Assembly: GCA_947465395.1 (NCBI GenBank)
Contig: CANIAL010000001.1
Span: 113,672 to 145,671, forward strand
Direction: 5' to 3'
DNA length: 32,000 nucleotides
Origin: Alphaproteobacteria bacterium
GTDB taxonomy: Bacteria; Pseudomonadota; Alphaproteobacteria; Micropepsales; Micropepsaceae
Positions within the stretch are counted from its first letter, which is position 1, and each line of letters starts with the position of its first letter. This document shows, piece after piece, positions 10,621-18,434 of the stretch. Both the position numbers and the translations under genes were made by a program. Below the pieces are notes generated by a model. It was not told the origin of the DNA. It saw only the letters and a program-made list of their open reading frames with translations, and made no database searches.

Positions 10621-11091
10621 ATGGCCAGTGACAGCGGAAATACCCTTACCCTCGACCTCAAATCCGGACCCGTCGTGATCAAGCTCAGGCCCGACCTGGC
10701 GCCCGGCCATGTGGCGCGCATCAAGGAACTGGCGGGGCAGGGCTTTTATGACGGCGTGGTGTTCCATCGCGTCATTCCCGGCTTCATGGCCCAGACCGGC
10801 GATCCCACCGGCACCGGCAGCGGCGGCTCGGAGCTGCCCAACCTCAAGGCCGAGTTCACCGCCACCGCGCACAAGCGCGGCACGGTGTCGGCGGCGCGCA
10901 CCAACAATCCCGACAGCGCCAACAGCCAGTTCTTCATCTGCTTCGACGACGCGCCCTGGCTGGACAAGCAATATTCGGTCTGGGGCGAAGTGGTGTCCGG
11001 CATGGAGCATGTGGACGCCATCAAGACGGGTGGCGAGAACGGCTCCATCTCCGGCGAGCCGGACAAGATCATCAAGGCCAGCCTCAGCTAG
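10621..11091 (+). CDS. ppiB: Cyclophilin-type peptidyl-prolyl cis-trans isomerase (cytoplasmic, no signal peptide)
   Basis: FHRVIPGFMAQTGDPTGTGSGGS and NSQFFICF cyclophilin signatures. An AAGGA sequence lies upstream of the ATG. Confidence 0.92.
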   Translation: MASDSGNTLTLDLKSGPVVIKLRPDLAPGHVARIKELAGQGFYDGVVFHRVIPGFMAQTGDPTGTGSGGSELPNLKAEFTATAHKRGTVSAARTNNPDSANSQFFICFDDAPWLDKQYSVWGEVVSGMEHVDAIKTGGENGSISGEPDKIIKASLS

Positions 11092-11123
11092 GGCAAAATA
11101 AACGGCAATATTTGGTGTGTGGC

Positions 11124-12305
11124 ATGGCCCGGCGGGGCCGGCCTAAAAGCGGGCGCTTGCGTTTGGAGTTTGTCTTGGCCGATCCCATTCCCTTTATTGA
11201 CCTGCAGGCCCAGCGCCGCCGCATGGGCTCGGCCCTGGACGCCGCCATCAAGGCAGCGGTGGAAGGCGGGCAATGGATATTGGGGCCGCAGGTGGCCCAG
11301 CTTGAAAAAGACCTGGCCGCCTTCACCGGCGTCAAGCATGTCATCGCCTGCGCCAACGGCACCGATGCGCTGCTGCTGATCTTGCGGGCCTGGGGCGTGG
11401 GTCCCGGCGATGCCGTTTTCGTGCCGGCCTTCACCTTTGCCGCCTCGGGCGAAGTGGTGGCGCTGGCCGGTGCCGTGCCGGTGTTCGTGGACGTGCTGCC
11501 CGACACGTTCAACATGGACCCGGCCAGCTTGGAAGCGGCCATCGCACTGGTGAAGCGCGAAGGAAAATTGACGCCAAAGGCGGTGATGCCGGTGGATTTG
11601 TTCGGCCAGCCTGCCGATTACCGTGCGCTTTCGCCCATCGCCAAACGCGAAGGCCTGAAGCTGCTCTGCGACACGGCCCAGGGCTTTGGCGGAATGCTGG
11701 ACGGCGTGCGAACGGGCGCCATAGGCGATGCCGCCGCAACCAGTTTCTTTCCGGCCAAGCCGCTGGGCTGTTATGGCGATGGCGGCGCCTGTTTCACCAA
11801 TGACGATGCGTTGAAGGATTTGCTGCTGTCGCTGCGCATGCACGGGCAGGGCGCCGACCGCTATGAGCATGTGCATATCGGGTACAACTCGCGCCTCGAC
11901 ACCATCCAGGCCGCGATCCTGATCGAAAAGCTGAAAATCTTTGCCGACGAGATTGAAACGCGCAACGCCGTGGCGGCGCGCTATGATGCGGCCTTCGCGG
12001 GCAACAACCGGCTGGTAACGCCGCATGTGATCGCGGGCGCCACCTCAAGCTGGGCGCAATACACGCTGCAGGTAAACAACCGCGCCGCGTTCCAGGCGGC
12101 GCTGAAAGAGGCGGGCGTTCCCACCGCCGTCTATTATCCCATCCCGCTGTCACGCCAGCGCGCCTATGCGCATTATCCGTCCGTGCCCACGCCGGTGAGC
12201 GAGGCCCTGTCGGAAAAAGTGGTGAGCCTGCCCATGCACCCTTACCTGGATGCGCCGACCCAGGACCGCATCATCGCGGCGGTGCTGGAAAACGCCGCCG
12301 GCTGA
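11124..12305 (+). CDS. DegT/DnrJ/EryC1/StrS-family PLP-dependent (sugar) aminotransferase
   Basis: IPFIDLQAQ..., ANGTDALLL, and SFFPAKPLGCYGDGGA (the PLP-lysine motif). The start is ambiguous: ATG at 11124, or TTG at 11175, which is preceded by GGAG at 11164-11167 and would give MADPIPFIDL. Confidence 0.85.
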   Translation: MARRGRPKSGRLRLEFVLADPIPFIDLQAQRRRMGSALDAAIKAAVEGGQWILGPQVAQLEKDLAAFTGVKHVIACANGTDALLLILRAWGVGPGDAVFVPAFTFAASGEVVALAGAVPVFVDVLPDTFNMDPASLEAAIALVKREGKLTPKAVMPVDLFGQPADYRALSPIAKREGLKLLCDTAQGFGGMLDGVRTGAIGDAAATSFFPAKPLGCYGDGGACFTNDDALKDLLLSLRMHGQGADRYEHVHIGYNSRLDTIQAAILIEKLKIFADEIETRNAVAARYDAAFAGNNRLVTPHVIAGATSSWAQYTLQVNNRAAFQAALKEAGVPTAVYYPIPLSRQRAYAHYPSVPTPVSEALSEKVVSLPMHPYLDAPTQDRIIAAVLENAAG

Positions 12306-12314
12306 TGCGGGCGG

Positions 12315-12343
12315 TTGTGAAGCGCATGCCCCCCTTGTATAAA
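12315..12343 (+). promoter_or_regulatory. Putative sigma70-type promoter for the PhyH-like gene
   Basis: TTGTGA (12315-12320), a 17-nt spacer, then TATAAA (12338-12343), about 30 nt upstream of the ATG at 12373. Confidence 0.3.
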
Positions 12344-12372
12344 TCGCGGGCAAGCCAAGCTGGGCATTTTTC

Positions 12373-13146
12373 ATGACACAGGACAGCGCCGTGCTGGAAA
12401 CCGCCCTGCGGGACGAATACCAGCGGCAGGGCTTTTTCATCCTGGAAGGCGTGGTGGACGATGCCGCGGTGGCCGCCATCAAGGCCGACATCGCCCGCAT
12501 TTCCGAAAAGGAAGGCCGGGCGCACACCTATTTCGACCGCAGCGGCAAACTGCGCCGCCTGGAAAAATTCACCGCCGAGAGCGAAAGCGTGGGCGCCGCC
12601 AACCGCCGCATCCTGGCGCTGCTGCAGGATGTGTTCGGCCAGCGCCATGTCCTGTTCAAGGACAAGTATAATTTCAAGCCGCCCGCGGGCGAAGGCTTCT
12701 TCGCCCATTATGACGGCGTCTTCAAATTCCTGGGCGCCGATGGCGCCGAGCATGATGGCTGGTATGAATACACCGATGATTTCGTCAATGCGCTGGTGGC
12801 GCTGGATGATTTCACGCCGGACAATGGCCCGCTGGAAGTCGCGCCCTGGCACAATGACGGCTTCGAGACATTGTTTCAGCGCACCAAGCAGAATGGCACG
12901 CCCGACCTGACCGAGGCGGAAGAGGCCAAGTGCAATTTCAAGCCCATCCTGATCCGCAAGGGCGGCGTGGTGGTGTTCAGCAACCGCTGTCCGCACCGCT
13001 CCAAGAAAAATCTCAGCGATGCCAGCCGCGGCAGCCTCTATCTCACCTACAATGCGGCGGCCATGGGTGATTTCTACGACGCCTATTTCCGCGACAAATC
13101 CGCCTCGCAGAACAAGACCTCCAAGAGTCTGTCCGGCGAGGTCTAG
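12373..13146 (+). CDS. Fe(II)/2-oxoglutarate-dependent dioxygenase, phytanoyl-CoA dioxygenase (PhyH) family
   Basis: N-terminal YQRQGFFILEGVV, HxD facial-triad motif FFAHYDG, ALVALDDFTPDNGPLEVAPWHN, and the distal His in VVVFSNRCPHRSKKNLS..R. This is the typical PhyH layout. Confidence 0.72.
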   Translation: MTQDSAVLETALRDEYQRQGFFILEGVVDDAAVAAIKADIARISEKEGRAHTYFDRSGKLRRLEKFTAESESVGAANRRILALLQDVFGQRHVLFKDKYNFKPPAGEGFFAHYDGVFKFLGADGAEHDGWYEYTDDFVNALVALDDFTPDNGPLEVAPWHNDGFETLFQRTKQNGTPDLTEAEEAKCNFKPILIRKGGVVVFSNRCPHRSKKNLSDASRGSLYLTYNAAAMGDFYDAYFRDKSASQNKTSKSLSGEV

Positions 13147-13154
13147 TCTGGTGT

Positions 13155-14114
13155 CTAGACTGGTGTCGAGGTCGGCGGCAGCGCGGGTATCTCGCGCAGG
13201 ACCGCGATTTCTTTAGCCGTCAGAACGTCCTTGTAGCGGCCGATATTGCGCGCCGATTGCGTCCAGTCATAGCTGGATGCGATTGCAGGATTCAAATTCA
13301 GCAGCGCACAGACCCGGTCGCGTTCCTGCTGGTGGTTGAGAACGAAATCCTCGAAGCGCACCAGCAGGGCATCGCGGTGCTGCCATTCGTCCCATGCCAC
13401 CAGCTTGCCCAACGCCGTCTGGTAGCGGGCGAATTCTTCCGCGCCGCCCAGCAGTCTTTTGCGGTTGGCGGCGTAGACGTCGCAGGGGTCGCGGGTCACG
13501 CCGATCACCTTGCGGCCCGCGCCGAAATAGAGTGTCGAGGTGATGGGCGACCAGAAGCTTCCGGCCTGGTCAAAGGCCGGCCGCGCGCTGGTGGGTGCTG
13601 CATAGAAAAGCGACCGGATCAGCGTCTGTGCGTGGTGCAGGAATTCTTCTTCGGGCACCGGCACGGGTTTCTGCGCGGTGATGTTGCGCCCGCGCGGCTG
13701 GCGGCCCGCCATGAAGCGCAGCCAGTCCAGGGTGGACAGCTCCAGAAGATCCTGCAGCGGGAAAATGCCAAAGGTGCAGGCGGTGATGTCTTTGATGAAT
13801 TGCGCGATGGCGGCGTCATAGCCTGGAATGCGCCGCGAAAAGCCATAGCCCAGGCGCGGCGGGATTCGCAGCTTGGCGCTGTCGGCGCCCAGCCGGGCCG
13901 CCAGCTTCGTGAACCGGATCAGCGCATAGCTGGCGTCGTCGGGATGAATCTCGCTGGCCAGCGACCGGTGCAGGGACGAAAGCCCGCCGCGTTCCTGCAG
14001 CAGGCGGAATTCCTGCCCATCCAGCGCGTCATTCACATCGCCGCGCCCGCACAGATAATCCAGGATGGCGCCGCTGCCCGAATTGCCCGTGCCCAATATG
14101 ATGATGGGGTCCAT
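13155..14114 (-). CDS. Sulfotransferase-fold (P-loop) protein; last gene of the phosphonate operon
   Basis: N-terminal PAPS 5'-phosphosulfate-binding-like loop IIILGTGNSGSGA. Also a central 3'-phosphate-binding-like motif VIGVTRDPCDVYAANRK, and the C-terminal pattern VRFEDFVLNHQQE...LLNL...RNIGRYKDVLTAKE typical of bacterial sulfotransferase-family proteins. Its start lies 3 nt from the upstream Fe-ADH stop. Confidence 0.55.
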   Translation of the reverse strand: MDPIIILGTGNSGSGAILDYLCGRGDVNDALDGQEFRLLQERGGLSSLHRSLASEIHPDDASYALIRFTKLAARLGADSAKLRIPPRLGYGFSRRIPGYDAAIAQFIKDITACTFGIFPLQDLLELSTLDWLRFMAGRQPRGRNITAQKPVPVPEEEFLHHAQTLIRSLFYAAPTSARPAFDQAGSFWSPITSTLYFGAGRKVIGVTRDPCDVYAANRKRLLGGAEEFARYQTALGKLVAWDEWQHRDALLVRFEDFVLNHQQERDRVCALLNLNPAIASSYDWTQSARNIGRYKDVLTAKEIAVLREIPALPPTSTPV

Positions 14115-14117
14115 GGC

Positions 14118-15206
14118 TTAATCCAGCGAACGGGAAATCAGGTCGGCGATGCCATGGCCCATGCTGCCGGTGAAATTCTCGGCCCGGCCCTTGGTGTGCA
14201 TCTCGGCTTCCAGCGCCAGGATGGCATCGGGCGGCGCAAAGGCGCGGATTTTCTCCGCCAGCGACAGGGATTGCAGCAATTCCAGCACCCGCCCCAGCAA
14301 CAGGCGCTCATGCGGCATCGCCGACAGGGTGTCCAAATTCAGTTCCAGCAGCCGCGTAAGCGTAAAGCTGCAGGCCAGGCCATGCGGCACGCCAAAATGC
14401 AATGTGACGGGATAGGAAATGGAATGGGCGATGGCCGTGCGCGTCTGGCAGATGGCCAAGCCCGCCAGGCAACTGGCATATTGCATGGCGCCGCGCGCAT
14501 CCACATCGCCGGGCCGCGCCAGGGATGCGGGCAGGGCATCCACCGCCAGCGCCAGCGCCTGCATGGCATGGGCGGCGCTGATGGGCGAGCGGTTCCTGTT
14601 CCACAGCGATTCCAGGGCATGGGAAATCGTGTCCAGGCCCGTGAACAATGTCTGGTCCGCCGGCAGTGACAGCAAAAGCCTGGGGTCCAGCAAGGCCGTT
14701 TGCGGATAGACTGCATCGCCCGCCACCGAATATTTCCTGTTGTCCTGGTGATCCCAGACGGTGGCGAAGGGCGTGACTTCCGAACCCGTGCCGGCCGTGG
14801 TGGGAATGGCGATCACGGGCAGCGCGGCGTTCCAGGCGCCGCCGCCGCGCAGTACATCACCCAGCAGGCGTGCATCCAGCAGTGCCGCTGACAGGATCTT
14901 GGCGGCATCCAGCGCGCTGCCGCCGCCCAGCCCGACGATATGCGTGGGCATGGCAAGTTTGTGCTGCGCGGCCAGGCGCTCCATGTCCGCCAGTTCGGGA
15001 TTGGGCGTCACCGCGTCATGCACCGACACCTGGCAATGGGTCAGCGCCGCCTGCGTTTGCGCCGTCAGGCCGCGCTTGCTGGCGCCGGCGGTGGTGACAA
15101 CAAGAACCCGCGACGCAGCCGGCACCAGCGCGCCCAGCCGGTCCAACGCACCCGGACCCGCGATCACCTGCACGGGATTGAAATAGCGGGCGGTCATGTC
15201 CGCCAT
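14118..15206 (-). CDS. Iron-containing (group III) alcohol dehydrogenase; candidate phosphonoacetaldehyde reductase
   Basis: Fe-ADH motifs GLGGGSALDAAK and IAIPTTAGTGSE, with His-rich metal ligands (ISHALE, AIAHSISYPVTLHFGVPHG). The specific role is inferred only from its position directly downstream of ppd (3-nt gap). Confidence 0.8.
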   Translation of the reverse strand: MADMTARYFNPVQVIAGPGALDRLGALVPAASRVLVVTTAGASKRGLTAQTQAALTHCQVSVHDAVTPNPELADMERLAAQHKLAMPTHIVGLGGGSALDAAKILSAALLDARLLGDVLRGGGAWNAALPVIAIPTTAGTGSEVTPFATVWDHQDNRKYSVAGDAVYPQTALLDPRLLLSLPADQTLFTGLDTISHALESLWNRNRSPISAAHAMQALALAVDALPASLARPGDVDARGAMQYASCLAGLAICQTRTAIAHSISYPVTLHFGVPHGLACSFTLTRLLELNLDTLSAMPHERLLLGRVLELLQSLSLAEKIRAFAPPDAILALEAEMHTKGRAENFTGSMGHGIADLISRSLD

Positions 15207-15209
15207 GGT

Positions 15210-16331
15210 TCAGGCCCGCGCCAGTTTGCAGAAGGAAATCTTGTTCTCTTCGGGCGAGCTGGCCGGGCGGCCCAGATTGTCGCGCGCGGCGCGCGAAATT
15301 TTCACTTCCAGCAGCCGGGCGCCGGATTGCGCGGCGATCAGCGGCCACGCGCGCGCTATGTCCTCTGCGCTGGACGCAAGCTGGTATTGGGAATAGCCGC
15401 AGGCCAAAGCGATAGCGCGAAAATCCATGCCGCCCGCAACGGTGGGCTGGCCGCCAACCGATTCATGGGCGGCATTGTTGAGCAGGATATGGATCAGGTT
15501 GGGCCGGCGGCTGCCGATAATGGGCAGCGCACCCATGTGCATCAAGACCGAACCATCGCCGTCCAGGCAGACCACGCGCTTGCCAGGCTGACCCAGCGCC
15601 ACGCCCAGCGCGATGGAGGCGGTGTGTCCCATCCCGCCCACAGTCAGGAAGTCGCGCTGCGGCTCGCCCCGCGCCACGCGCAATTCATAAACCTCGCGCG
15701 AGGCTTTGCCGGTGGTGGAGATCACCAGATCGCCGGGATCGGCCAGCGCCAATAGCTGCGCCAGCGCGTCTTCCCGGCTGAGGGACGACAATTCCGCCTG
15801 CGCCTGGCGTAGCTTGTATTTGCCGAACGCGTCCTTGCGTACCAGCAGCGCCACCGGCGCGCCATCTTGCTGGATGCGGGCAAAGGCCTGGTCCAGCACG
15901 GCTTCGGCGTCGCTTTGCGCGTCTAGCACCCAATGGGGAATTTCCAGCAGGTCAAGCTGGCCCGGCGTGATGCGGCCCTGCTTGACGTGCTGCGGCTCGT
16001 CCTTGACGCCGGGCTCGCCCCGCCAGCCGATGATCAGCAGCATGGGAATTCGGTAAACCTCGCGGTCGGCCAGCGAGGTGAGGGGATTGACCGTGTTGCC
16101 CAGGCCGGAATTCTGCATATAGACGGCCGCGAACCCGCCCGACGCCAGATGATATCCCGCCGCCAGCGCGATGGCGTTGCCTTCATTGGCCGTGATCACA
16201 TGTTCCTGGGGCGCGGCATTGTCCTCGATATAGGCGCCCAGGCTGCTGAGCAGGGAATCGGGAACGCCCGCAAACAGGCCCACTCCGCGCGCCTTGAGGC
16301 CGGCAAAGAACTGGTCGGGCGCGATGCTCAT
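15210..16331 (-). CDS. ppd: Phosphonopyruvate decarboxylase (ThDP-dependent)
   Basis: [31 protein letters not shown]...[13 protein letters not shown] and the ThDP motif [19 protein letters not shown]...[16 protein letters not shown]. The ATG at 16331 overlaps the pepM stop (ATGA). The tracked ORF start at 16388 is an upstream extension. Confidence 0.9.
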   Translation of the reverse strand: MSIAPDQFFAGLKARGVGLFAGVPDSLLSSLGAYIEDNAAPQEHVITANEGNAIALAAGYHLASGGFAAVYMQNSGLGNTVNPLTSLADREVYRIPMLLIIGWRGEPGVKDEPQHVKQGRITPGQLDLLEIPHWVLDAQSDAEAVLDQAFARIQQDGAPVALLVRKDAFGKYKLRQAQAELSSLSREDALAQLLALADPGDLVISTTGKASREVYELRVARGEPQRDFLTVGGMGHTASIALGVALGQPGKRVVCLDGDGSVLMHMGALPIIGSRRPNLIHILLNNAAHESVGGQPTVAGGMDFRAIALACGYSQYQLASSAEDIARAWPLIAAQSGARLLEVKISRAARDNLGRPASSPEENKISFCKLARA

Positions 16332-17629
16332 TTGGTGCCGGGGATCAGGCCGAGGATTTCGCTGATGGGCATCATCTGCGCGTCGCATTCCGCCGAACGC
16401 TGGTGCGCCAGGATCGAGCGCGCGGTGGTCACCATGGCGGGATAGGCGCTGCGCAGAAGCTGGTTGGCATAGATCACGATGTTGACGCCATGCGCCTGCA
16501 ATGCTTCTTCGGTGACGCTGTTGTAGCTGGATGGCACCACCACAAGCGTCTTCTTGTTTTCCAGGGTGGCGTACCAGCGGCAGAATTCGAATATCTCGTC
16601 CGGAGTCTTCTGGCGGCTATGGATCATGATCCCGTCGGCCCCGGAATCCAGATAGGCTTTCGCCCGCGCCCTGGCGTCGTCCATGCCCCGCTGCAGGATC
16701 AGGCTTTCAATGCGGGCGATGATCATGAAGTCTGAGGTCGCCTGGGCGTTCTTTCCCGCACTGATCTTGGCGCAGAAATTCTCGATGCTGTCCTGAGTCT
16801 GGGGCACGTCCGTGCCGAACAGCGAGTTCTTTTTCAGGCCGGTCTTGTCCTCGATGATCGCGGCCGAAACGCCCAGCCTTTCCAGGGTGCGCACGGTGAA
16901 TACGAAATGCTCGCTTTGCCCGCCCGTGTCCGCGTCATAGATGATGGGCTTGGTGGTGACTTCCAGCACTTCGTTCAACGTGGTCATGCGGGCCGACACG
17001 TCCACCGCCTCGATGTCCGGTTTTCCCTTGGCGGTGGAATCCGTCAGGCTGCTGCCCCACATGCCGTCGAATTCGCGCCGCCCGCCGGGCGTGTCCACAT
17101 GCGTGTTCTCGATGATCAGGCCGCTGAGCGCATTGTGGATGTCCAGGAAGCGCAGCAGCGGGCGTGCGTTCAAAAGGCGGCGCAGCTGCTTTAGCCGCAG
17201 ATCCGGCGTGGTGCCCACTTCCTTCATGGCCGCATGCAGCGCGGTGGAGGATATGCCGGGCGTATAGGGCACTTCCACCAGCTTGCCGCCCCATTGGGCC
17301 AGGGCGACGATGGCGCGCGCGCGCGTCTGCTGCTGCACGCCAGTCTGCCAGTCATCGCCATGCACCAGGAAATCCGGCTTGAGGCTTTTCAGATTGGCCA
17401 CGTAATCCAGCGTGGTCTGCGGCACGACCCGGCTGACGGCTTTGAGATTTTCCATCACCTCGCGCCGGTGCTCATAGGTCATGAAGGGAAGGCGTTTGTA
17501 GCTGGCGATAGCCTGGTCGGTGAGCAGGCCCACTGTTACCTCGCCCAGTTCCGCGGCCTTGCGCAGGATGTTGAGATGCCCCGGATGCACCATGTCGGCG
17601 CTCATTGCTACATAGACTTGCTTGGGCAT
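16328..17629 (-). CDS. pepM: Bifunctional HxGH-type cytidylyltransferase / phosphoenolpyruvate mutase fusion (433 aa)
   Basis: Residues 1-140 are a cytidylyltransferase-like domain ([29 protein letters not shown]). Residues ~145-433 are the PEP mutase domain with the PepM-diagnostic EDK-X5-NS ([12 protein letters not shown], aa 260-269) and YDADTGG. The conserved start is the ATG at 17629; the tracked 533-aa ORF start at 17929 is an Arg/Ser/Ala-rich extension that runs into the divergent gene. Confidence 0.9.
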   Translation of the reverse strand: MPKQVYVAMSADMVHPGHLNILRKAAELGEVTVGLLTDQAIASYKRLPFMTYEHRREVMENLKAVSRVVPQTTLDYVANLKSLKPDFLVHGDDWQTGVQQQTRARAIVALAQWGGKLVEVPYTPGISSTALHAAMKEVGTTPDLRLKQLRRLLNARPLLRFLDIHNALSGLIIENTHVDTPGGRREFDGMWGSSLTDSTAKGKPDIEAVDVSARMTTLNEVLEVTTKPIIYDADTGGQSEHFVFTVRTLERLGVSAAIIEDKTGLKKNSLFGTDVPQTQDSIENFCAKISAGKNAQATSDFMIIARIESLILQRGMDDARARAKAYLDSGADGIMIHSRQKTPDEIFEFCRWYATLENKKTLVVVPSSYNSVTEEALQAHGVNIVIYANQLLRSAYPAMVTTARSILAHQRSAECDAQMMPISEILGLIPGTK

Positions 17630-17691
17630 GGGGCGAGACCTGTAGGGACGGCGCGGCGGCGCAATCCAATGCCCCCGCTCAGATAATTTCG

Positions 17692-17721
17692 ATACTAGAC
17701 AGGAGCTTAGAACACAATCAA
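17692..17721 (-). promoter_or_regulatory. Putative promoter of the phosphonate operon
   Basis: On the minus strand: TTGATT (17721-17716), an 18-nt spacer, then TAGTAT (17697-17692), about 60 nt upstream of the pepM ATG. This rests on the motif match only. Confidence 0.25.
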
Positions 17722-17730
17722 GTCCTTGAC

Positions 17731-17745
17731 GTTCATAATATGAAC
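17731..17745. promoter_or_regulatory. 15-bp perfect palindrome, candidate operator in the divergent pepM/regulator intergenic region
   Basis: GTTCATA-A-TATGAAC (7+1+7, perfect). It is immediately preceded by TTGACG (17726-17731) and ends 5 nt before the first in-frame ATG of the MarR-like gene. Confidence 0.4.
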
Positions 17746-17750
17746 AGTCT

Positions 17751-18434
17751 ATGGAAGCCATCGAAATCTGCGGCGCAGCCATGGCCCAAAGCCCCAAAGA
17801 GCCCAAACAGGCAAAGGCGGATGAAGCCCAGATCATGCTGGGCCTGCTGGACGCCGTCGAGCGCGATGGTCGCCAGTCCCAGCGCGGCATGGCCGCCGAA
17901 CTGGACATCGCCCTGGGCCTTGTGAACACCTATCTGGCCCGCTGCATTAAGAAGGGCTGGGTCAAGGCCCGCCAGGCGCCCGCGCGCCGGTATTTCTATT
18001 ATCTCACGCCCCGCGGCTTCACCGAGAAGTCCCAGCTCACCGCGCAATATCTGTCGTCATCCTTCGGTTTTTTCCGCCAGGCCAAGGGCGATTGCCAGGC
18101 CTTGTTCCAGGCGGCCCAGGCGCGCGGGCTGAAGCGGCTGGTGCTGGCGGGGAAATCCGACCTTGCTGAGATCGCAGTGATCTGCGCGGTGGATTGCGGC
18201 GTGGAAATCGTGGGCCTGGTGGACGCGCACACGCGCGACAAGTTCTTCCTCAAATTGCCGCTGGCCGCCAGCCTGGACAGGATCGCCGTTCCATTCGATG
18301 CGGTGGTGGTGACCGATCTCAGCACGCCGCGCCAGACTTGCGAAGAGATGATCGCGCGCATCGGCGCAGAGCGCGTGCTGATGCCGGAACTACTGCGCAT
18401 CCGGTTCCAGGCCGCACAGGAGAAGGCGGCATGA
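17751..18434 (+). CDS. EPS-associated MarR-type winged-helix regulator with a C-terminal Rossmann-like extension
   Basis: wHTH region [70 protein letters not shown] resembles the EPS-locus MarR subfamily. An extra ~120 aa has a beta-alpha-beta pattern ([32 protein letters not shown]...FDAVVVTD). Start is uncertain (ATG at 17751, 17781 or 17835). The stop overlaps the ABC gene start (ATGA). Confidence 0.65.
   Translation: MEAIEICGAAMAQSPKEPKQAKADEAQIMLGLLDAVERDGRQSQRGMAAELDIALGLVNTYLARCIKKGWVKARQAPARRYFYYLTPRGFTEKSQLTAQYLSSSFGFFRQAKGDCQALFQAAQARGLKRLVLAGKSDLAEIAVICAVDCGVEIVGLVDAHTRDKFFLKLPLAASLDRIAVPFDAVVVTDLSTPRQTCEEMIARIGAERVLMPELLRIRFQAAQEKAA

Noticed and set aside
13257-14669. 470-aa plus-strand ORF spanning the sulfotransferase-like and Fe-ADH genes
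   Set aside because: It crosses two minus-strand genes that have clear family motifs and tight operon spacing. Its translation is Arg/Gln/Gly-rich with no domain signature.
17731-17745. Reading GTTC-N7-GAAC at 17731-17745 as a second LexA box
   Set aside because: The alphaproteobacterial LexA operator is a direct repeat (GTTC-N7-GTTC or GAAC-N7-GAAC). This site is an inverted repeat extending to 7+1+7, and nothing around it is SOS-related. It is kept as a candidate operator for the local regulator instead.
17630-17929. 100-codon N-terminal extension of the pepM ORF (tracked as 533 aa)
   Set aside because: The extension is Ser/Arg/Ala-rich. It crosses the AT-rich intergenic region and overlaps the divergent regulator gene. 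The cytidylyltransferase domain begins cleanly at [18 protein letters not shown] (ATG at 17629).
18194-18430. 79-codon upstream extension of the ABC exporter ORF
   Set aside because: It lies inside the regulator CDS in another frame and is Arg/Gly-rich. An AGGAG-preceded ATG at 18431 gives a normal exporter N-terminus.
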